64,000 nt of DNA, taken from NCBI GenBank assembly GCA_964016885.1, contig OZ024740.1, forward strand, positions 321,532,001 through 321,596,000, given 5' to 3'. The stretch comes from Eledone cirrhosa (taxonomy: Eukaryota). The position numbers and the translations under genes are program-made. A model generated the notes under the pieces. The model was not told the DNA's origin. It saw nothing but the letters and a program-made list of their open reading frames with translations, and made no database searches. Positions 54,195 through 64,000 of the stretch are shown piece by piece (the stretch's first letter is position 1; every line of letters starts with the position of its first letter).

Positions 54195-55558
54195 TTTGTA
54201 TCAATAATTATTGATTAAAATCATCAATCAAATTCTTATAATTGGTGCTGCCAATCGTTGGGGTACCACTCTAAACGTTTGACTATGTCCGTCATGGCAT
54301 TTCAATGGACTTGGCGGCGTCTGTCTTCTCTCCAAGCGCCTAGTCCCCTACTAAGTTTAATAATGTGGCAGCAGAAGTAGTTACCCAGGAGTGGTTGAAA
54401 AAATATCCTGGTGTCAAAAGTGAAAGTCAGGTGAGAACCCGTATACCCGTCCATCCTTAAAGGTGTCGTTGACAGACATCAAGGTATTCTCTCTGCCCGA
54501 ACTACCCGCTATTGTAATAACGTTTCTTCAAATCACATTATTCTATTTTCAAAGCATCAGTAGATAACGCTAGACCCCTTATTGAAATAATTTTTTTAAA
54601 AATAGTTTAAGTCTCTTTGAAATATACATTATTAACTAAGTTATGAGGAAATAGATTCGGTGGTGGGAGCACTACACTATAAATATGCCATAATTTTGCT
54701 TTGTGTGCAAGGTTGTGTTCACACATACGACGGATTCTGTAGTTTTTGTCTACCAAATTTCACTGACATTGGTCAAGCCGAAGCTATAGCAGAAGCTACT
54801 TGCCCAAAGTGTCAACCTGCACACCGAGTGAAAGTGAACCCGAAACTACGTGGTTGTCAGGAGCGGATAAAACTTGCATAGGGCCCCAGGCTGAAAATTT
54901 CATAGAGGCCCCTGCATAATATTTACCGTAGGAAAAAAAATGAATCTAGACTCCTTTATGTATTGTGTGGCTTCTGATTGTAGTCAAGTCACATCCCCCT
55001 CATCCGCCACTGATGGTTGCCAAACGAAGTCCTTAACAACACAATGATGCCTGGACATTTGTATGTATCCGTAACTCCTTGTGGAGTCACAGGGATGCCA
55101 TAGTGACATACAGCGTTTCTTGGGCATTTTAAATCTGGCGGAGCTTATCCCTTTCCAGATCTGAACAGAGAAAGAGAAGGAACGATAGAGAGAAAATGAG
55201 ATTTAGAAGAAAAATCTAGCCCAGTACTGATACTTTTTTATCGACCTCGGAAAAAAACAACAACTGATAAAATTGATCTCGGTGTGATTTGAAATCCGAG
55301 CATAGGAAGTCGGAACGTGCACCGTAAAGTACTCTGGCCGACGATCTAACGACTCTGGCATTTCGCCGCCTAGGCATCTGCTCTTAATGAACAAAAACAA
55401 ATAAACAGAAGTTGAAAAGAGAGATAGGTGTAGTAATTGTTTCTAATTTAGACGAGGGGTCAGCAATTTTGAAGGGAGAGTAAAATACTTGACTAGGCAA
55501 AGTTGACCTAGTCGGAATTTGAATTAAGAATGGTAGGTATTATAACAAAATTACGTAC

Positions 55559-55906
55559 CTGATATCCACTACACAGCCTCAGTCGATAGAAGACAGGTAA
55601 AACACAGTGTGCACAGAACAAATAGTTTAATAAGTATGATAATCCAGTGATATAATAGGAACTGCCATATTGTACTACATCGGATGGAACTCCCAGGAGG
55701 AAGATACCGGATACTAGACTGGCTGTCATTGACAAAGACACAGGAAAAATACTCATCTTACGGTCACCGACCAGAAGTTCGCTTGCCGTCAAATCATTTC
55801 CTTTTCTTCTCTTTATCATTTGGTAGACTCCGATCAATAAAGATATAGAAATGGCTAAGATGAAAATCAGGTAGTCCGGCCAGGTGAAAAAATTTGTCGT
55901 CGACAT
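55559..55906 (-). CDS. First coding exon of an SLC5 sodium:solute symporter (SLC5A8/SLC5A12/SMVT-like)
   Basis: ATG at 55906. Translates MSTTNFFTWPDYLIF...LLVGDRKMSIFPVSLSMTASLVSGIFLLGVPSDVVQYG...LPVFYRLRLCSGYQ, the typical SLC5A5/6/8/12 N-terminus. 348 nt, phase-0 donor CAG|GTACGT. A possible acceptor (tttatag) ~30 nt upstream suggests an earlier non-coding exon. Confidence 0.93.
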
Positions 55907-58900
55907 TGTCAATTTTTTTTAATGTATAAATTAATCTATAAATCAATTGAATGGAATGATTGAAACATTAACTACAACCACAACAACAACAACATAAATT
56001 TAAAACATTCAATATCTTCTCTGAACCAAAAATCACCGAACATACATTTTCCTGCTGTTAATAATATTCTTCGTTAATAATCGATCAAAAAAATTATCCA
56101 AGATTGGTTATTCCATACTGTTCCTTATCTGATATTTAGTGGAACATTTCAGCGGAACTGTTTTTGGTAATTTTAATATTTTAATTATTTTCTCTTATCT
56201 TAAAATATGTTTCTCTCTCTCTCTGAGTCTCAGTTCATTCAATGAGTAAAAGTATTTCGATTGTAGCGAACACCAGAATCGTTTAAACAGCTTTTCTATC
56301 TTTCAGGTGTACTGACTATACACATTAGTGGTGTTTATATAATATATAATATATATATATGTGTAAATCTTTCTCTCTCAGTTCATACAATTAGTAAACG
56401 TGAGAAGTGAAGGAAAAAGGCTTTCGATTTTTAGTAAATACCTTCTCTATATTTTCCACCAAACTTTCTAGTCAGTTTTATATAAGTATATAAACAATAG
56501 TAGTTTTAACTTTTCATGGAAAAAATCGGTACAGTTTTCACACTCCGCTTATTAGTATCACATTTCGCTCTATTATATAAAGAAAACCTGCTCTGTCACG
56601 ACCGTAAACACAAATACTGATAGACGTAATGTTTATATATATATGAAGAGAACCGAGAAGAAAACAAAGAAAATAAAAGCAAAAGAGAGGAAGAAGATAT
56701 AGGGAGTATATGACTGACATTAGTGAGCTCATCATAGCCTATAGAAAACATTCCGCCTACATTTATTATAACTTTGTTGACCAATAGAAATATATTGTGT
56801 GACGGAAAAGTACGCGCGAAATTTATTACCGTACACACACACACACACAAACACACACAGTACACACGCACACACACACATACAGTACCGTACACACACA
56901 CACACACACACACATACAGTACCGTACACAGTACCGTACACACATAGTACCGTACATACACGCACACACATACACGCACACACACACAAACACACACACA
57001 CACAATATGTAATAAGAGGCTACATACATACATACATAGATACATACATACATACATACATACATACATACATACATACATACATAAATGGTGGCTGCCA
57101 ACTCGTTTTCGAGTACGGCCACTACTTTATATCCATGTAGGAGAACCCCTACCGATGCGCTGAATGGACATACATACATACATACATACATACATACATA
57201 CATACATACATACATACATACATACATACGTATGTATATATATATCAAATGAAACAACGGAGTGAAAGACTCTCGTTTATCTCTGTAATTTAATGAGCTC
57301 AAGGGAAAAATTTCTGGGCTCTTCAAAATACAATATAGAGAGGAGAATACACGGAAGAATGTGTTTTAAGTTACAGGGGGTAGAAGGCCACTTGAGTGAA
57401 AAAACATAAACAATACGAAAGGTATGGGAAATACATTATAATTAAAAAGATAAATTAAAATGGAATAACCCATCTTTTATGATATACAAATACATATATA
57501 TATAAATAAGTAAAAGGTAAACAGGAATAACGACACAATCGGTACAGTATATGGAAGGAATATATTAGGTTAACGATTGAAATAGCAGGCAGAGGGCCTT
57601 AACGTTTCGGACGCTAGTCCTTCATCAGGAGAAATTAGAAAGATTGAAGGGACGGGTGGGGTGGAATTGAAAAAAATCTTTTTAGAGAAAATAACAGATC
57701 TATTCATGTTGACATCTCTTGGAAAACTATTGATGCTAGCGTTTTGTGTATGATTTATTTTTTAAGAAAAGTGGATGATGGAACGCGTCTACCTGAAATG
57801 GAAAAAAAAACCGTTTTGTATAAAGAGCTATACTTGTGCGCGTGCGTATGCGCGCGCGCGCGCGCGTGTGTTGTTATACGTTCGTACGAAGCTAAGAGGA
57901 TATGTGTGTGTATATGTGAAAGAGTGTGTGTGGGTTTTTAAGTACGAAGTTATGAGCAAAAGTATGTTAATATAAGGGTGTGTGTGTGTGTATACAGAGC
58001 GGTGAAGGGAAAAGTGGAGTGTGCGTATTTTGTTGGTCTGTATTAGCTGTAAGAGTATATGTTTCTGACCATAAGAGCGCCATACGAATCTAGGGGTGAA
58101 CGTACAAGAGCGTGTGTGATAACGGACGGGGTATTAAAGAAATTAGGGAGGGGAGTTGAGTCCATGAGGGAAACAGGACCCACGGCGGTAAATCAGACTC
58201 TGTTCAGTCCTGGTGCGAATAGACAACGTGGGTGCAGGTGCATGTGAAGGAGTGGTGGATATGGAATGAACCGTTGGGGCCTGTGAGAGTGGTGAGGGTG
58301 GAAATGAAAGGACAAGTGCTACAGCGGGGACGAGAACAAGGATGAGAGCCGGGTGGAGTCGTAGGAGAGGACGAGAAGGAACTGCGTACCAAGAGGTTTC
58401 TGAGGTTACACACACAGACACGCATACAAACATACTTACACACACATACACACAATCACACACACACACACACAGAGCAGGGCACACACATAAATACATA
58501 CACATGTTGATATTGGCGAATGCGTGACTGTGGTTAAGGAGTTCGCATCGCAATCACGTAGCCCCGGGTTTGATAGTATTGTATAATAACATGAGTTTGT
58601 TCTTTTATAATCTCGGGCTGGCCAATCTCTCACAATGGAATTTGGTAGACACAGACTGCACATGAGGGACGAAGAAGGAGAAGGAGAAGGAGAGGAGGGG
58701 AGAAGGGGAAAAAGAAGAAGGGGGAGGAGAAGAAAGTGGAGGAGGAGGAGGAGGAGGAGGAGGAGAAGAAGAAGGAGAAGAAGAAGAAGAAGAAGAAGAA
58801 GAAGAAGAAGAAGAAGAAGAACTCCATGGTGTGATGACCGTTGACAGTAAAATAAACTTATAAAAATATATGAAAAAAATCTGTTCTAAAATAAAAACAT

Positions 58901-59713
58901 GTTGATATGATGTGTATGAATATATACATGCAGGAGCCTCGTTTGCCTTAAAAATATGAGGGGGACAAACCAACATGTGTTGATTCTTAAAGGAGCATGT
59001 TAGTATTGCTTATGGTGCCTTTCCCAGACCCTATCACATAAGTAAAATTTTACGCTAATTAAATTTTATATATTCAAATGAAGTTCAGATATAAAAATAT
59101 AAGCTTAAAAAGAATTTATTATATCAAATAAACAAAAAATAAAACATAGACGTTTAAAAAAGTGAAATCAGGTCCTTGTATACATGCATGGTCTTTTAAC
59201 ACATGTGGGAGTTGTAAGGCGCGCTATATTGTTATACAACGTTTCTAGGGCATTTTAAAACCTGGCGGAGCCCATCTCCTCTCCAGGTCTGGATACAGCA
59301 GATTTCTTCCACAGAAGGATAGAGAGTGAGAGAATGGAAGTGAGAAAGAGATATAGAGGAAAACTCAACTCCAGTACTAGACTGGTACTTTTTTTATTGA
59401 CCTCGAATGGGTGAAAGGCAAAGTTGACCCCGGCAGGATTTGAACTCAGAGAGCAGAGAACGAAAACAAATACCGCAAAGCATTCTGTCTGACGTTCTGC
59501 TGACTCTGCCAATTCGCCGCCTATGTATAAATATACATATATGTAATATACACGCCGCACACAAAATACTCATATGCGTATATATAAATATAGATATATA
59601 CAGCATAGGTATGATGACGCTAGATACTTCGTCGGTTTCGACGATGAGCATTCTCTGAAAAATCCATCTCATGATACAACATATAACAGAGTACACTCCA
59701 TTCGACAGTCATA

Positions 59714-59788
<75 letters not shown>

Positions 59789-59790
59789 CT

Positions 59791-59885
<95 letters not shown>

Positions 59886-60429
59886 GTAGAACACTGGAAG
59901 GTAATATCCGTAATGGTAGAGCACTCAGTCCGTGGGACGAGTTAGGTAGAAGTGCTTACACAACAGTTAGTTCACCATACCAAGAACAATTGTTTCACCT
60001 TAGCGCTCAGCTCGGAATGGGCATGGTTATAGGAACAGGAAGGACAACCGTACGAACGCGCATGCGCAGAAACCGGTCACTTCACACAGGCAATACTAGA
60101 ATGCGTGCGAGAGGTGTAAGGGAGATAACTGCGAAAGTCCGAAAAGTTTTTAGTTGATAAGAAAATTACAATGATTCAATCCGGAGCTTTGTAGTTATGC
60201 AATAGTGATTGAAACGAGGATTGAATTTTTCACACATTGTCCACACGTCACCAAACACCTATTGCATAACAAAGCTCCGGATTGAATCATTGTAATTTTC
60301 TTATCAACTAAAAATTTTTCGGACTTTCGCAGTTATCTCCCTTACGCATTCTAGTATTACTTGTGTGAAGTGACCGGTTTCTGCGCATGCGCGTTCGTAC
60401 GGTTGTCCTTCCTGTTCCTATAACCATGC

Positions 60430-60479
60430 CCATTACGAGCTGAGGATCCGATAAGGTGACACAATTGTTCTCGGTATGG
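60430..60479 (+). ncRNA. Degenerate type-I hammerhead motif (mirror copy on minus strand at ~59975-60020)
   Basis: ccattacgag-CTGAGGA-tcc-gataa-ggt-GACA-caattg-TT^-ctcggtatgg. The mirror copy keeps GAAA but has a damaged core and stem II. Confidence 0.6.
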
Positions 60480-61150
60480 TGCACTAACTGTTGTGTAACA
60501 ACTTCTATATATATATATATAATGAAATACCAATGACCGTTGGCAAATCACTGATGAGAGACTCATTTTATAACATGTTATCCATGTGCAACCATGCAGT
60601 ATTCTTCTCCCCATATTTTTCACATATATTTACCTAAACTGCGATTCTGTTTTTCTCTCTCTCTCTCTTACTGCTCCTCGTTCTCTCTGTTTCTCTTACT
60701 TTCTTTCGTCCCCTCTGTCATGTCAGTTAACACTTTCTCTCTACTGACCTCTTCCTCGCACTTCCACTCACTCACTCACTGTTTCTCTCCTTCTCACTTC
60801 CCCCCGTTCGCTGCGAAAACGATTTTCCTTCTTTCTTGCATCGGATTCATCGCGAAAGGTCTATTTCTTACTCGCTCATATATTCACCCAGCTTATACTG
60901 ATAGAATAACTATGTAGCTTGTGTTTCTTCCTATCTTCGGTTAGCTTTCCCCTGTGTTGTTTACTTGTCTCACTCGCTTTACGCGTTTTAATTGTCCTAA
61001 TAACTTATTTTAGTTATTATTGCACCAACGTGAGGTATATGATTTTTAATGCAATGAAATACCTATGACCGTTGGCAAATCACTGATGAGGGACTCATTT
61101 TATAACATGTTATCCATGTGCAACCATGCAGTATTCTTCTCCCCATATTT

Positions 61151-61216
<66 letters not shown>

Positions 61217-61242
61217 TTATTTATTAAAATACATTTATTATT

Positions 61243-61577
61243 ATTGGCAGAGAGTCGGACGCCATGCTTTGACGCATAGAGTTACGGCCCTTGCCATTCT
61301 GAGTTCAAATCCCGCCGAGGTTAACTTTGCCTTTCATCCTTACGGGGTCGATAAAATAAATACCAGTAATACACTGGTTAATTGCTGGCCTTGTGCCAAA
61401 AGTAGAAACAATTATTATTAATGCTTTGTAGCACAGTTACGTCCCTTTACGGACTGAGTTCAAATCCCGCCGAGGTTAACTTTGCCTTTCATCCTTACGG
61501 AGTCGATAAAATAAAGTACCAGTAATACACTGGAATAATTGCTGGCCTTGTGCCAAAAAGTAGAAAGAATTATTATT
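61243..61577 (+). mobile_element. Two tandem main-family SINEs (second 5'-truncated)
   Basis: Two B-box/central/3'-end units, each ending attattatt. Confidence 0.85.
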
Positions 61578-61578
61578 A

Positions 61579-61643
<65 letters not shown>

Positions 61644-61780
61644 GCAAAAGAGTCAGGACCCCGACGGCTGAGCTCCCGCCGTTTCGAGAGCTAGATCCGG
61701 ATCTATTACCCACTCTACTACCCTAAGTATCGAGTATTCTGGTGCGTTATGGTCCATCTGGTTCCTTACCACACTTCCTT

Positions 61781-61825
<45 letters not shown>

Positions 61826-61934
61826 TGAAAGTGAACAACACAATATATAACTACTCCATTACCAAAGGTTTCAGGACCCTAGACAATATTCACATACGTC
61901 TAGTTCGCTCATCAGATAGAAGGGCTAATAACCC

Positions 61935-62002
61935 TTCTATCTGATGAGCGAACTAGACGTATGTTAATATTGTCTAGGGTCCTGAAACCTTTGGTAATGG
62001 AG
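61935..62002 (+). ncRNA. Type-I hammerhead ribozyme motif (mirror copy on minus strand at 61854-61921)
   Basis: ttctat-CTGATGA-g...ctagac...gtctag...t-GAAA-cc-ttt-gg-TA^-atggag. Confidence 0.68.
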
Positions 62003-62093
62003 TAGTTATATATTGTGTTGTTCACTTTCTAATTAAATAGCTCTGTTCTATACATAGAGCACTCTTTTTTCCTTGACTTTTTCTTCGGAAATA

Positions 62094-62151
<58 letters not shown>

Positions 62152-62154
62152 TTA

Positions 62155-63794
62155 CGTCGTTTGGAAGCCTCGAGAGAGGCCTACTACACCCTGGCCCTCA
62201 CCTTGACGATGACAACCTCTACTCAAAGGTCACGGGAATCACTCCCGCGCAGATAGAAGAGCACATCAACGCCGCCTGGACCAACATCTGCGACCGGCGG
62301 AAGCTCCCGAAGAAGCTGAGATACAACCTTCTCACGAGGAACAGCAGACTACCCGCCTTCTACCACCTCGTGAAAACACACAAACAGGGACCCGACCTGA
62401 AGATCAGGCCCATCGTATCGAGCGTGGAGGGACCACTCTACAAAATTTCATGGCTCCTAGCCAGAATACTCAAACCCATCTTAGACACCTTGCCGGGACA
62501 CGTTAACAGCTCCGAGGAGGTGTTGAAGCGCCTGCATCAAATGGATCCCGACACCAGAAGGAATAACAGATATGCCTTCAGCCTTGATGTAGTCGCTCTC
62601 TACACCTCGGTCCCGGCACTCCCGGCCGTCAATATACTGATGGAACGCGTCCAATCCACCGACCTACACTGCTTCGGGCTCACCACCACTGACATCCACC
62701 AACTCCTATCCATCGTCGTCGACAACACCTACTTCTGATTCCTTGACCAAACATACCAACAAACCTCGGGATTGCCCATGGGATCAAGCCTATCAGGTGT
62801 GCTAGCGATCTCTTACATGGACAACCTCGAACGCAAGGCACTCAACGCCTGCCACCCCAACGCCGTAGCCTTTTTCTCAAGGTACGTGGACGATATCCTC
62901 ATCCTCACATCTTCCCAAGACACGGCGAACAGAATCTATGAGACATTCAACAACACGGACGAGAACATTGACTTCAGTGTTGAACACCCCAACGAAGACG
63001 GGTCACTTGCCCTCCTCGACTTCTGAATCAACATCACGGAACAGGGAAGGATCCACTGCAACTTCTACCGTAAGGCAGCCTGCAGGGACCTGTTCGTTCA
63101 CTACAAGTCCGCCCTCCCTAACAGTGCCAAAAGAGGATACATCACGAACGAGATCGCGCGAATCAAAAACAGATGCAGCGATCCCGCGAGTGGTGTCACT
63201 CATACCAAGCGATTCCTCGAGGTGCTGGAGACGAACGGGTACCCTACCTCAATCACAGACAGAATAGGAGACACCAGACACAAGAGACAGAGAGGCACCC
63301 AAGGCAAGTGATTCCTTAAAATGCCACACCTGGGCGAGAATACCACCAACGCTATCCGCAAGGCTATACGGAGGGAGGGCCTCGACATCCACCTGGCTCA
63401 CTCGGGCCCCTCCCTGCGAAGATGCCTCTCCAGGAAACCCGGGAAATCTACTGACGCATGCTCCCTCAGAGACTGCCCGATACGCCATGCTAACTGTTGC
63501 CTACGCACATACGTCGTGTATAAGATAGAATGTGACAGGTGCAACCAATATTACATAGGTAGCACAATCCGACCTTTGCACATCCGGATCAAGGAACACA
63601 CTAAAACCAGGGCCTCGTCTTTCCGGAAATACATAGACAAATGCGGAAACAAAGACGGAAGGCCCATTGTCACAATTCTAGCGACTGAAAGAAACGTCGG
63701 CACGTTACGTATCAAGGAAGCGCTCTTTATCAAACGCCTGCAACCGCAAATAAACAACCGATTAGAGAGAAGCGAAATGAGATGGCTGGTTTAA
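62155..63794 (+). mobile_element. Penelope-like element (RT + GIY-YIG), 5'-truncated
   Basis: KTHK...IRPIVS, SLDVVALYTSVP, GLPMGSSLS, RYVDD, VVYKIECDRCNQYYIGST...RIKEH. One reading frame with three in-frame TGA codons. Confidence 0.93.
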
Positions 63795-64000
63795 GTTAAC
63801 AAACGATGCAGCAACACACAACACACGCTCACACACACACACACAAACGAGACAACTACACACACACGCGCATACACACACAGTAGCATTCCACTATACG
63901 AACATACTACACTGCCAATACAGAGGAACAAGGCAACAACACACGCACACACACACACACTCAAGCGAGACAACAACACACGCACACACACACACAGTAA

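Overview
Eukaryotic, AT-rich, microsatellite-dense DNA. The repeat content resembles an octopod cephalopod genome (inference). The only host gene I can support is an SLC5A8/SLC5A12-like sodium:monocarboxylate transporter on the minus strand: coding exon 1 at 55559-55906 and exon 2 at 8230-8295, separated by a ~47 kb intron. The rest is largely mobile DNA. It includes two near full-length Tx1/L1-clade LINEs with target-site duplications, R4/Dong-like, RTE, CR1-like and CRE-like LINE pieces, a Penelope-like element, a small LTR element, a hAT relic, several MITEs, many tRNA-derived SINEs and a tRNA-Glu copy with an internal duplication. The most notable unannotated signals are: (i) fold-back elements in (TA)n tracts that carry minimal hammerhead-ribozyme motifs, plus a separate U3-A8 core variant; (ii) apparent target specificity of two Tx1 families, one for (AAT)n and one for a ~33-bp minisatellite; (iii) a 3' end shared between the main SINE and these Tx1 LINEs. 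All calls were made by eye, and the ends of degenerate repeats are approximate.
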